The notes below the pieces were generated by a model that ran no database searches, was not told where the DNA came from, and worked only from the letters and a program-made list of their open reading frames with translations. Below, piece by piece: positions 9,546-19,102 of a stretch of DNA of 64,000 nucleotides (positions are counted from its first letter, which is position 1; the number at the start of each line of letters is the position of its first letter). The stretch lies in the NCBI GenBank assembly GCA_036745755.1, contig DAIOFM010000007.1, positions 5,696 to 69,695 on the forward strand, given 5' to 3'. The translations under genes were made by a program, and so were the position numbers. Origin of the DNA: Spirochaetota bacterium. GTDB taxonomy: Bacteria > Spirochaetota > UBA4802 > UBA5550.

Positions 9546-9801
9546 AAAAATTACCTGAAAATATATTCTAATATAGCGTATTTAAAACCCAATCCGAACA
9601 AAACTGCTGATTTTGCACAATATCTCCCAATATAAATTTATGTAAAGCAATAATAGACATTATTAAAAAAACTATTCAGGCACAGCAAAATTCCCGTATA
9701 AACATTTTAACATTTTTACGCTTAAATCTCTTATAAAAAAGATATTGAATCATTACGGGAATATTTTAATATAGCCGAAAAATTCTATACAGGAAAAAAA
9801 T

Positions 9802-10083
9802 ATGCTGAAACGAACACCTCTTCTTGCTCTGCTTATTGCGGGAATAATGTCACTCCTTATAATATTCATTTTCCAGGATGATTCAAGACCGCTTACCCAG
9901 GGCCAGACACTGGCGCTTTATTTTCTCTCATTTTTCCCTTCAATGGGTATAGCCATGCTGTTTGATCCCTACCCCGCAATGGTAAAAAAACGTTATCTTA
10001 AAATAAACTTCTACATACAGGAAGAGAACCCTGAAGACCAGGTAGCAAAGGTCATACAGGAGGAGAAGGAGGGGAGCAATTAA
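9802..10083 (+). CDS. Small membrane protein (two hydrophobic helices, acidic tail)
   Basis: 93 aa with LLALLIAGIMSLLIIFIF and LALYFLSFFPSMGIAMLF helices. An A-rich region with aggaaaaaaatATG lies upstream. The stop overlaps the apparent start of the HAD gene. Confidence 0.4.
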   Translation: MLKRTPLLALLIAGIMSLLIIFIFQDDSRPLTQGQTLALYFLSFFPSMGIAMLFDPYPAMVKKRYLKINFYIQEENPEDQVAKVIQEEKEGSN

Positions 10084-10762
10084 GGCTGTACTCTTCGACA
10101 TAGACGGCACAATCCTGAACTGCAACAGTGCGGGAAGGGCCTCTCTAATACAGGCGACAAAGGAGGTCTTCGGAACAATCGGAAGGATGGAGAGGATAGA
10201 CTTCCAGGGGAAAACTGATCCCGTGATCCTCAATGAGTCGCTCCATATGATGGGTTTTTCCGAAGATGACATCAGGAACAAAACCTCACTTCTGAAGCAG
10301 AGATACTTTGATTATCTCAGCGAGAATATCTATAATTACGATGTAATCGTATTCCCCGGGATAATCCAGCTTCTGAAGGAACTTGCATCAATGGAAAACG
10401 TAGCCCTGGGCCTCCTTACAGGAAACTTTACCGAGAGTGCAAAGATCAAGCTGTCCAGCCATGATCTCAACAGGTATTTCAGTTTCGGAGCGTACGGGGA
10501 TGACGCCCCTGTAAGGAATCTCCTTCCTGAAGTTGCGAAGAAAAGGATGGATGAACTTTTTAATACCGATATTGCTTATAAAGACACTTTTATTATCGGT
10601 GACACAATTCATGATGTCCGCTGCGCAAGATACGCCGGTGCTGTATCAGTTGCAGTGGGCACAGGATGGGGCGAACCGGAAGCCCTGAAAAAAGAAAATC
10701 CGGATCATTACTTTGACGATCTTGAAAATTTCAATGAATTTATAAAACTACTGGAGGACTAA
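10079..10762 (+). CDS. HAD-superfamily hydrolase (phosphoglycolate phosphatase-like), apparent ATT start
   Basis: HAD motif I (KAVLFDIDGTIL, 10082-10117) lies upstream of the first ATG/GTG/TTG at 10187 but in the same frame. That frame opens only at 10046. ATT at 10079 sits 6 nt after GGAGG (10068-10072). Later motifs LLTGN and IIGDTIHDVRCA fit HAD motifs II-IV. Confidence 0.7.
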   Translation: MKAVLFDIDGTILNCNSAGRASLIQATKEVFGTIGRMERIDFQGKTDPVILNESLHMMGFSEDDIRNKTSLLKQRYFDYLSENIYNYDVIVFPGIIQLLKELASMENVALGLLTGNFTESAKIKLSSHDLNRYFSFGAYGDDAPVRNLLPEVAKKRMDELFNTDIAYKDTFIIGDTIHDVRCARYAGAVSVAVGTGWGEPEALKKENPDHYFDDLENFNEFIKLLED

Positions 10763-11260
10763 ATGCAGCTTGGACATGTTGCTGTGGCACTTACAATCGC
10801 ATCATTTGCGCCTGAACTGACCGGGGGCGAAATTGAAGCTCTCTCCCTTGAGAGCATACTTGTATCATTTATTGCACACGAATTCCCGAATTTTGACGGG
10901 TTTCTCATTATGGCCAAACTGGCCCCTAAAAAATTTCACTGCACATGGTCTCACTCAATCATAGTGGGACTTCTGGCGGGGCTCATTACCTGGTTCATAA
11001 ACCCCGCCTGGGGGTATATTTTCTGGGCGAGCATATTCCTCCACTACCTGGCGGACATGCCGAGCAGTGTGGGACTGCCGCTATTTATGCCTTTTTCGTA
11101 TAAAAGGTACACTTTCAATTTATGGGCTGACACAGGCTACTTCGGCTGGGTAAGTTTTAAGGGAACATATGAGCAGGCATGGACATGGATCCTTGAAGGC
11201 GGAGCCTACGTTGTTCTGTTTGTAAGGCTTTACCAGTTAAAATTCTGGCCTTTCGGATAA
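10763..11260 (+). CDS. Membrane-bound metal-dependent hydrolase-like protein (DUF457/YdjM-like)
   Basis: Multi-helix hydrophobic protein with spaced His and Asp residues (HVAVAL, AHEFPNFD, WSHSII, LHYLADMP). ATG follows directly after the HAD stop. Confidence 0.4.
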   Translation: MQLGHVAVALTIASFAPELTGGEIEALSLESILVSFIAHEFPNFDGFLIMAKLAPKKFHCTWSHSIIVGLLAGLITWFINPAWGYIFWASIFLHYLADMPSSVGLPLFMPFSYKRYTFNLWADTGYFGWVSFKGTYEQAWTWILEGGAYVVLFVRLYQLKFWPFG

Positions 11261-11262
11261 GG

Positions 11263-12822
11263 TTGATTATGAAGCTTAAAAAGAAATATGATTATATTAT
11301 AATCGGAAGCGGTTTCGGCGGCTCAATGGCCGCGTACTCCCTTGTTTTAAGGGGATTTTCCGTGCTGATGGTTGAAAGGGGGAAACGCCCGGTAAGGGAC
11401 GATTCCTGCTGGGACGAGGTAAAGCTCCATCTGGAAAACCCGATGTACAGAGGGAAAACCCCGATCTATGTTGATCAGAAAAAAGGGAAGTTCGAAGAGA
11501 TCTGGCCCGATGATACTGTAGGAGGGATGTCAACCCTTTATGGAGCGGTATCATTCAGGATGAGAGAGGACGACTTCAAAGGGGCGCCCATGAGCGGGAG
11601 CAGCGAACGGGACGCATCATGCGCCTGGCCCTATTCCTATAAAAAACTGGCGCCTTATTACAAGACCGCGGAAAAAATACTCGGCATAGCAGGTATACGT
11701 GGAACGGATATAACGGAAACTCCGGTAAAAGGGGAGTTCCCGCAGACGCCCAACACCTCCCTTTCCCGCCCTTCAGATAAGCTGTGGAAGGCATCCGAAA
11801 AACTGGGGCTTCACCCCTTCTTTCTTCCCATGGCGATAAACTTTGACGGCAAACATGGAAAAGAAAAATGTATCCTCTGCTCCACATGTGATCATTACCT
11901 GTGCAAGATAGAGGCCAAAAACGACCTGTCTGTTATAATGATACCCATGCTTGAAGAGAAGGGAATGCATCTGCTTCCGGAAACACGGGCCCTGAAAATT
12001 AACACAACGAAAAATAAAGCAGTGTCCGTTGATCTTATAAATCAGGCAACCGGGGAAAAATTTACAGTAAAAGGTGATAATATTATATCTGCAGGAGGGG
12101 CGCTCGCATCGCCACATCTTCTGCTTTCATCAGATATCGATACACTGACAGGCAACAAAAACATAGGCCGGCACCTGATGCGTCACATTAACGGTGTTGT
12201 TGCGGGGATTTTCCCCACTGTGTCCAACCCTGAACAGGTTCTACAAAAACAGATAGGAATTCCGGATTTCTATTACGGGGACCCTGAAAGCAAACGGCAG
12301 CCGGAAGGTACATGGGGGATGATCCAGGATGTATCCAGCATAGGCAAAGGGGTAATCAAGGCCAACTCCCCATTCGGCCTTAAAAACGCCGCCGCAATTG
12401 TTTCCGACTATCTTATAAATCTGCTCTGCATAGCCGAGGATATGCCCAGGTTTGAAAACAGGGTTTATGCTGACGCCGGGAAACCGGACATATTCGGCGC
12501 ACCGTCCCTCATGGTCCATCACCGTTACTGTGAAAGAGACATTATGGCAAGAGCGGCGCTGTACACTGAAGCTAAAAAGATACTGCGCAAGGCCGGGGCG
12601 CTATTCTTCTACTCGATGCCGATAGAAACATTCTCACATGCTCTCGGAACATGCAGGATGGGGAAGAAACCGGAAACATCAGTGGTTGACGAAAACTGCA
12701 GAGTACACGGAATGGAAAACCTTTATGTCATTGACGGAAGCGTAATGCCATCAGGAGGCTCAGTCAATCCGAGCCTCACCATTGCTGCACTTGCGCTTAA
12801 AGCTGCAGACTCACTCAGGTGA
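11263..12822 (+). CDS. GMC-family FAD-dependent oxidoreductase
   Basis: N-terminal Rossmann motif YDYIIIGSGFGGSMAA and C-terminal GMC block HALGTCRMG...VVDENCRVHGMENLYVIDGSVMPS. The start may be ATG 11269. Confidence 0.8.
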   Translation: MIMKLKKKYDYIIIGSGFGGSMAAYSLVLRGFSVLMVERGKRPVRDDSCWDEVKLHLENPMYRGKTPIYVDQKKGKFEEIWPDDTVGGMSTLYGAVSFRMREDDFKGAPMSGSSERDASCAWPYSYKKLAPYYKTAEKILGIAGIRGTDITETPVKGEFPQTPNTSLSRPSDKLWKASEKLGLHPFFLPMAINFDGKHGKEKCILCSTCDHYLCKIEAKNDLSVIMIPMLEEKGMHLLPETRALKINTTKNKAVSVDLINQATGEKFTVKGDNIISAGGALASPHLLLSSDIDTLTGNKNIGRHLMRHINGVVAGIFPTVSNPEQVLQKQIGIPDFYYGDPESKRQPEGTWGMIQDVSSIGKGVIKANSPFGLKNAAAIVSDYLINLLCIAEDMPRFENRVYADAGKPDIFGAPSLMVHHRYCERDIMARAALYTEAKKILRKAGALFFYSMPIETFSHALGTCRMGKKPETSVVDENCRVHGMENLYVIDGSVMPSGGSVNPSLTIAALALKAADSLR

Positions 12823-14365
12823 GTCTGCGCTTAATCCTGTTAACAAAAAACAGGACTTCATCCGCCTTCATAAAATAACAGGCCAGAAAGTATACCCCTC
12901 CGCCTGCGCCTATTATCACAGAAAGCCATACTACCCTGAAAGTAAAACCAGAATTCTCCCAGTCAGCAAAAAATGAAAGCCATACAACAACGGCGGACAT
13001 CGCGAGTGAGGCGATTATAAACTTGAGCATTGACTGCAGAATTTTCCCAAGGGCAATCCCTCCGGTCTTCTTTTCAAGCATAACCAGAAGAATCAGCATC
13101 TGGACCACTGCTGAAATAGAATTTGCGAGAGTCAGGCCTGCATGCTTAAGAGGCGTCTGCATAAGTATATAACCTAAAACAAGATTCAGGCTGAGAGCCA
13201 CGGTTGCTGATATAACCGGGGTTTTCGTGTCCTTCATGGAATAAAAAGCCGGGGTGGCTATTCTCAGCGCAGAGATAAAGACTATACCTGCGCTGGCGCA
13301 GACAAGTGAATTATAAGTCATAAGCACATCGCTGTAGCCGAATTTTCCGTGCATAAAAATTACTGAAATTATCGGTATACCTGCAGTGATCAGCCCTGCA
13401 GTTGCCGGCACCGCGAGAAAGAGAGCGGATGAAACGGAATCCGCAAAAAGTTTCCTGAACCTTACTTTATCATCAACAGCTGTAAGTTTTGACATTTCAG
13501 GAAGAATAACATTTCCTATCGATACGATAAATATACCAAGCACAAGCTCTGTCAGCCTGTTTGTATAGTATATATAAGACACACTCCCCTCGGAAATCAT
13601 TGAAGCAAGCATGTTGCTCACCAGGGTATTTATCTGGTAAACGGCAATCCCGAACAGAGCCGGGCCCAGCATCCTGAATATCTTTCTGATACCCGGATGA
13701 TTAAAATCGACAGATATGCCGAACCTGAACCCCTCCTTCAGCATATACGGAATCTGAAGAAAAAGTTGAAGAGCTCCCCCCAGAAGCACTCCTGCCGCCA
13801 CACCATAAACCGGTTCTTCAAAAAAACCCGCGAGAAAAATTATACCTGTTATAATCCCCACATTCAAAAGAACAGGAGCGAAGGAGGGGGCAAAAAACCT
13901 GTCATGCGAATTAAGATACCCCATAGCAAAGGCAACAAACCCGACAAAAAAAAGATAAGGGAACATCAGCCTTGTAAGGTTAACAGAAAGAGTAAATATA
14001 TGCGGGGAGTCCCCTCTTCCGAAGAAAAAATACATAAGCTGTGGACTGAAAAAAATACCTGCCGCGACAATTATAAATATAACTATTGACTGGACCGTCA
14101 TCACCTTAACAGCAAGCCTGTCCGCTTCACTGTCACCGGAGTTTACACGTGTTTCAGTATAAACCGGAATAAATGAAATGGTCAAAGCACCTTCAGCGAC
14201 AAGCCTTCTGAATAAATTGGGTATCATAAATGCTATGAAAAAAACGTCTGCCGTACGGGCGGCACCGAAATATGCCGCCATAAGCACGTCTCTTACCAGT
14301 CCCAGAATTCTGCTGCAAAGTGTTGAAAGTGCTACTATTCCTGCTGATCTGAATAATGATGCCAT
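12815..14365 (-). CDS. murJ: Lipid II flippase MurJ (MviN)
   Basis: N-terminus SAGIVALSTLCSRILGLVRDVLMAAYFGA is typical of MurJ. About 14 hydrophobic helices, 516 aa. Confidence 0.85.
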   Translation of the reverse strand: MASLFRSAGIVALSTLCSRILGLVRDVLMAAYFGAARTADVFFIAFMIPNLFRRLVAEGALTISFIPVYTETRVNSGDSEADRLAVKVMTVQSIVIFIIVAAGIFFSPQLMYFFFGRGDSPHIFTLSVNLTRLMFPYLFFVGFVAFAMGYLNSHDRFFAPSFAPVLLNVGIITGIIFLAGFFEEPVYGVAAGVLLGGALQLFLQIPYMLKEGFRFGISVDFNHPGIRKIFRMLGPALFGIAVYQINTLVSNMLASMISEGSVSYIYYTNRLTELVLGIFIVSIGNVILPEMSKLTAVDDKVRFRKLFADSVSSALFLAVPATAGLITAGIPIISVIFMHGKFGYSDVLMTYNSLVCASAGIVFISALRIATPAFYSMKDTKTPVISATVALSLNLVLGYILMQTPLKHAGLTLANSISAVVQMLILLVMLEKKTGGIALGKILQSMLKFIIASLAMSAVVVWLSFFADWENSGFTFRVVWLSVIIGAGGGVYFLACYFMKADEVLFFVNRIKRRLT

Positions 14366-14599
14366 ATAAACCCCGCGAGATTTTTACCTATAATCCCCCT
14401 GCCACCGACTTTGGCAATGTTTTATTTTTTATCGCAAATAAAGTGCATATTTTTTTAAAAAATAATTCCACCCTTTTTACTTAAAATTCTTGACATAAAC
14501 AACAGAATTGACAAATAGTATTTGTGATAACATCGGGAAGAATTTGGATTTTTGCCGATGTAGTCTGGGATTATTTAATAACTGCTCATATTCCAATTA

Positions 14600-14638
14600 T
14601 ATCAGCATGGAAAGATAAACTGTGCTGATATTTTTTTT
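14600..14638 (+). terminator. Orphan rho-independent-terminator-like hairpin upstream of dacB
   Basis: An 8-bp stem, TATCAGCA (14600-14607) pairing with TGCTGATA (14623-14630), followed directly by T8 (14631-14638). No plus-strand gene ends upstream of it. Confidence 0.4.
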
Positions 14639-14693
14639 ATACCCCCATTAATAATAATTGAAAGATTTTGTTAAATATTGCCCTATCCCTTTT

Positions 14694-16151
14694 ATGAAAA
14701 AAACAATAATACAATCTTTAATAACACTTCTTCTGCTCGCAGGATGCGGAGCTGACAGAAGCTACCCCGGGATATTCATTGGAACACCGCCTGCGGATTC
14801 TGCCGAAATAACCTCTTTCAGGCCGGAAAACTATGGCTACATCATTTTTAACCCGGAAAACAGGTCAGTTATTAAAGCCCATAACATACATGAAAGCTTT
14901 ATCCCCGCATCAGTCTCAAAAATTTTTACAACCGTTTTTGCTCTCGAGACACTTGGCGCTGATTACTCTTTCTCAACCGGCATCTTATATGCAGGCAGCA
15001 TCCGCGACGGAATTATAGAGGGGGATCTGATACTCAGGGGCGGAGGGGATCCGGAACTTAATGTCCGCGATCTGCTGAAAATGGTATTTAAACTTAAAGC
15101 TGAGGGAATCAAAAAAATCAGGGGAAAATTTTATTACGACTCATCCTCCTTCGAGCAAAAAGAAGTACTTGATAAAGGGATGCCTGTAAACGCCAGATAT
15201 AATCCGGGATACGGGCCCCTCAATCTTAACGGAAATATAATCTGCGCTGTTAAGGAAAAAGATGAAACAGGAAAACTGATTTCCTGTTTTCCTGTACCTG
15301 CAGCACCGTCAATCAGCTTATATCTGTATAATGAGCCCCCCGTCTATCTCTACGCGAAATATAAAAAAAGAGATAATATTGAAACATGGGGCCTCCCTGC
15401 AAACGGCTGCTGGAAAGACGGCTTTCAGCTGCCTGTAAAGGACTCAGGACGCTTTACGGCTCAGATTTTCAGAAAGCTCTGCCTGATTCACGGAATAACG
15501 CTCCCTTTACCTGAAAATGGGCGTGCAACAAATAATACAAAGATACTTGTGCAGCATAAGAGCAGAAAGCTGATCGATATTATTAAAGATATGCTTATAT
15601 CAAGTAATAACCTGACAGCGGAACTGCTTGGTACTATCGCATCTGAAAAGCTGAGAAAACCCGAAAATGAAAAAACTTTTTCAGTGGAAAATTTCTTCAG
15701 GCTAACCTTCCCTTCTGTCAAATGGGACAGTTTCAGGCTTAACAGCTTCTCCGGTCTTTCCGATTCAAACAGGGCAACACCTGAACAGACTGCGGCAATG
15801 CTGTTGTATCTGAACAACCTGAAGGAGCAGGGGGTAACCCTGGCAAATCTATTATCCCTTTCAGGCCTTGACGGAACTATTAAAGCGAGATTTGAAAATC
15901 ATGAAACCGCATTCAGGGTATCCGCAAAAACAGGGACACTCTATTACGCGTCCGCTCTTTCAGGAGAATTCACTGCAAATTCAGGGAAAAACTACTACTT
16001 TGCAATCTATATAAACGATACTGAAAAAAGAAGGCTTTATATGGTTTCAGGCAACGGCAATATCGGCAGTGCAAATAGCGCTGAAAAATGGACAGCCAGG
16101 GCCGTTAAAAGCATCGATATATACATACGCAGCCAGATAGAAAAGTTATAG
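14694..16151 (+). CDS. dacB: D-alanyl-D-alanine carboxypeptidase/endopeptidase, PBP4 family (S13), lipoprotein
   Basis: Contains SVSKIFT (SxxK), SSNN (SxN) and KTGT motifs. The lipobox LLLAGC after MKKTIIQSLITL supports ATG 14694 rather than TTG 14658. Confidence 0.75.
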   Translation: MKKTIIQSLITLLLLAGCGADRSYPGIFIGTPPADSAEITSFRPENYGYIIFNPENRSVIKAHNIHESFIPASVSKIFTTVFALETLGADYSFSTGILYAGSIRDGIIEGDLILRGGGDPELNVRDLLKMVFKLKAEGIKKIRGKFYYDSSSFEQKEVLDKGMPVNARYNPGYGPLNLNGNIICAVKEKDETGKLISCFPVPAAPSISLYLYNEPPVYLYAKYKKRDNIETWGLPANGCWKDGFQLPVKDSGRFTAQIFRKLCLIHGITLPLPENGRATNNTKILVQHKSRKLIDIIKDMLISSNNLTAELLGTIASEKLRKPENEKTFSVENFFRLTFPSVKWDSFRLNSFSGLSDSNRATPEQTAAMLLYLNNLKEQGVTLANLLSLSGLDGTIKARFENHETAFRVSAKTGTLYYASALSGEFTANSGKNYYFAIYINDTEKRRLYMVSGNGNIGSANSAEKWTARAVKSIDIYIRSQIEKL

Positions 16152-16460
16152 CCCATGGCCGGACGTTTATTACATTGAAGCGTATTACGCCGGCCCCGGA
16201 CAACTGGCACTGATGACAGATACCAGACACCTTATATACTTGACAAATACCTGTAAAAATAGGTATCTAATACCAGTATTTATTCCTTAACTTATTTCAG
16301 GTAGAAAATGCTCTGTTATCCTTATTGCCTAAGACGTCAGGGATAAATAATATTTACTTTTACACTAAAATATACATTCAGGAATTATTACTGATTTAAA
16401 GAAATCCCTTTAAAAAACCTTTGGAAATATTAAAATTTGGGAAAAACCACAACAATCACT

Positions 16461-17951
16461 ATGAAAAAAGCTGCACTCATTCTGTTATTGATGATACTGT
16501 TTCAGGGGATATCCTATTCATCACAATATCACTATATCGGCCGTAACGCCTATGTTTACAGAAATTATGCCAAGGCCAGGGAAAATTTTCTGAAAGATAT
16601 TGAAATTTCTGACACCGGAGATTCATACTACTTCCTCGGTGAAATTGAAAAAATCGAAAAAAATTATGATCTCGCTTTACAGTACTTCACTTCAGCGGTT
16701 TCAAAAAAAACATCCCGTAAATACCTTATAAATTCATACTGGAATCTTATCATACTCTATGAAGAGAAAGGTGATTATCCTAATTATATTAAATACTGTC
16801 GTGAATTCTGGTTTAAAACACGGGACAGATCGGCAAAGCAGAAGATTGACTCTCTGATTAATAAACTCCTATGGAGCGACAATGAAGAGGCTGTCAATAA
16901 ATACAACGAAGGGAAAGAGCTGTTGCGTAAAGGCGACACAAAAAACGCCATGCTCTCCTTCAGGGATGCGGTTTATACTGACAGCATGTTTCTTGCGCCG
17001 AAATTTGAACTGGGAATGATTGCTTATAAATCCGGGAATATGAGTGATGCGGTTTATTATCTTTCACCTATAGCGGAGCGTATCCCTTTCTATGCGGAAG
17101 TACAACTGATTCTGGGCAATATTAATTTTAATAATAGAAATTACTACTCGGCAATTTCAAACTTTTCCTCCTCTCTTGAATATGGTTTTATCGACAGAAA
17201 AACTGAATATAAAATCATACTTAAAAGAGGGACCTGTTATTACCATACAGGCGACTTTGATAATGCCGAAAAAGATATCAGCTCAGTTGCCGAATCTGTA
17301 AGGAACAACAGTGAACCATTTGTCATACTTGCTGCTATCTATATTAAAAAAAAGGAACTCGACGCAGCTATTAAAGTTTTAAAAAGAGCTGAAGCGATTT
17401 CACCCAATAATCCGGTCGTCCTGTTCCAGGCAGGGAGTATTTATTATTTTAAAAACGACCAGAGATATGCATCATATTTCGACAGGCTTTACAACTCGGT
17501 TCGGGGAAGCGACTCCGAATATATAAAATACATAAAAGCATTTAAACTCCTTATGAATTTCCACTACAGCAAAAAAAATTATCATCGTTCACTGGAGATT
17601 GCTGAAAAAATTCAATCCCGTGAGAACGATTATGAAGCCATACTGACAGCTGCCCGTTCGAGCCACTATCTGGGTAAACACGAAGAATCTCTTATATTTT
17701 TCAGTAAAATTTCAATATCTTCAAACGGAGACAGACTTCTTCTCGCGGGTTCATATGCTGCCACAGGGAGGAAAGAGCAGGCTATTGAGCTCCTTAAAAT
17801 CCTTAAATATGACCGGGAAGTCTATTCAGAGGCGAAAAAAGACAGACTACTTGCCCCGCTCATAAAGGATATAGAGAAGGCGGCTGAACAGAGTAATTCC
17901 GGAACAAACAGCACATATACTGAAACAAATTCCGGACAGACTACAAACTGA
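16461..17951 (+). CDS. Secreted TPR-repeat protein
   Basis: Signal-like MKKAALILLLMILFQGISYS, then repeated TPR-type A/Y/L patterns throughout (YYFLGEI..YDLALQYF, etc.). Confidence 0.6.
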   Translation: MKKAALILLLMILFQGISYSSQYHYIGRNAYVYRNYAKARENFLKDIEISDTGDSYYFLGEIEKIEKNYDLALQYFTSAVSKKTSRKYLINSYWNLIILYEEKGDYPNYIKYCREFWFKTRDRSAKQKIDSLINKLLWSDNEEAVNKYNEGKELLRKGDTKNAMLSFRDAVYTDSMFLAPKFELGMIAYKSGNMSDAVYYLSPIAERIPFYAEVQLILGNINFNNRNYYSAISNFSSSLEYGFIDRKTEYKIILKRGTCYYHTGDFDNAEKDISSVAESVRNNSEPFVILAAIYIKKKELDAAIKVLKRAEAISPNNPVVLFQAGSIYYFKNDQRYASYFDRLYNSVRGSDSEYIKYIKAFKLLMNFHYSKKNYHRSLEIAEKIQSRENDYEAILTAARSSHYLGKHEESLIFFSKISISSNGDRLLLAGSYAATGRKEQAIELLKILKYDREVYSEAKKDRLLAPLIKDIEKAAEQSNSGTNSTYTETNSGQTTN

Positions 17952-17962
17952 AAACATTTAAT

Positions 17963-18736
17963 ATGCTGAAGCTTGATAATTTAACACTTGTTATTGGCAA
18001 AACAACGATACTGAACCGGATCAGTTTTGGTCTTCAGGAAGGTGAAATTCTCGGCGTCACAGGTCCATCCGGATGCGGCAAAACAACTCTTCTTAAAGCT
18101 TTATCCGGCAACATTAAAATTCCGGACAATACAATTGAGCTTGACGGAAGGGACATCAATGAATACAGAACAAAAAAACTCAGGAAAATCATCGCATTTC
18201 TTCCTTCCGCATACGAATACAATCCCGAATCAACAATTTTTCAGGAAGTCCTTAAAGGGAGGCTCCACCTGAAAAAAATGCTGAACCCTTATTCCGACTT
18301 TGATCGCGAATCAACATTTTCTATTCTTAAGGAAATGGGAATACCCGGTGAACCGGGGAAAAGGATGAAACATTCTTCAGATTCATTAAAAAGAATATCT
18401 CTTATAGGGCAGACATTAAACTCCGAAAAGGATATTACTTTTCTTGATTCACCTGACAGGGAACTTGACGCCTTACAGACAATTTTCGTAATCCGTACTA
18501 TAAAAAAATTTGTCTCCAATGGCGGCAGATCAGTCATTATTGCTTCATCAGATATCGACTTTCTTATAAAAACCTGCGATAGAATTATTTTTCTGAAAAA
18601 TGGTGCAATTGCCGGATGCGGAAGTGCCGACCTGATAACAGAGGACTTTATGCACCAGGTTTTCGGCATAAATACTCTGATTTCCAGAAATATAGTTACA
18701 GGTCTTCCTGAAATTCAGGTAATCGATATTAACTGA
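17963..18736 (+). CDS. ABC-type ATPase with degenerate catalytic motifs
   Basis: Walker A GPSGCGKTT is intact. The signature is SSDSLKR instead of LSGGQ, Walker B is ITFLDSPD (no catalytic Glu), and the H-loop position reads ASSDIDF. No permease gene is adjacent. Confidence 0.65.
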   Translation: MLKLDNLTLVIGKTTILNRISFGLQEGEILGVTGPSGCGKTTLLKALSGNIKIPDNTIELDGRDINEYRTKKLRKIIAFLPSAYEYNPESTIFQEVLKGRLHLKKMLNPYSDFDRESTFSILKEMGIPGEPGKRMKHSSDSLKRISLIGQTLNSEKDITFLDSPDRELDALQTIFVIRTIKKFVSNGGRSVIIASSDIDFLIKTCDRIIFLKNGAIAGCGSADLITEDFMHQVFGINTLISRNIVTGLPEIQVIDIN

Positions 18737-18738
18737 AA

Positions 18739-19089
18739 TTATGTATAGAATTCAATCTTGGTTTTGCCTTCCGGAATGCTTTCAGCGAAGATCAGATGGT
18801 TAAAAAAATCGGCATAATCAATTAAATCTTTCAGTTCACTGCCGGCACTCATAACAATAACGCGATTCCCGTTTTCCCGGGCATAATAGGAAACATTAAC
18901 CAGGGCATTAAGTCCTGATGCTGTCACAAACTGAATGTTTACAAGATTTAAGATAACACTTTCGCGTTCGGCGAGATTATGCAGGACAGTTTTAAAATAA
19001 TCAGATGTAAGGACTGTCAGGTTTCCTGAAAGATCGAGAATATTAACTCCTTCTGCTTCACGCATTGAGTAATTAAGATTTTTTGCCAT
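18739..19089 (-). CDS. STAS-domain anti-sigma-factor antagonist (SpoIIAA-like)
   Basis: 116 aa with GVNILDLSGNLTV...IQFVTASGLNALV, the typical STAS pattern including the conserved Ser. Confidence 0.7.
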   Translation of the reverse strand: MAKNLNYSMREAEGVNILDLSGNLTVLTSDYFKTVLHNLAERESVILNLVNIQFVTASGLNALVNVSYYARENGNRVIVMSAGSELKDLIDYADFFNHLIFAESIPEGKTKIEFYT

Positions 19090-19102
19090 ACACTATTGAC
19101 CT

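Noticed and set aside
16204-16222. TGGCAC hexamer examined as a possible sigma-54 -24 element, because rpoN and an EBP are in the window
   Set aside because: The sequence 5 nt downstream is ACAGA, not TTGC(A/T), so there is no -12 element. A TGGCAA at about 42403 also lacks a GC at -12.
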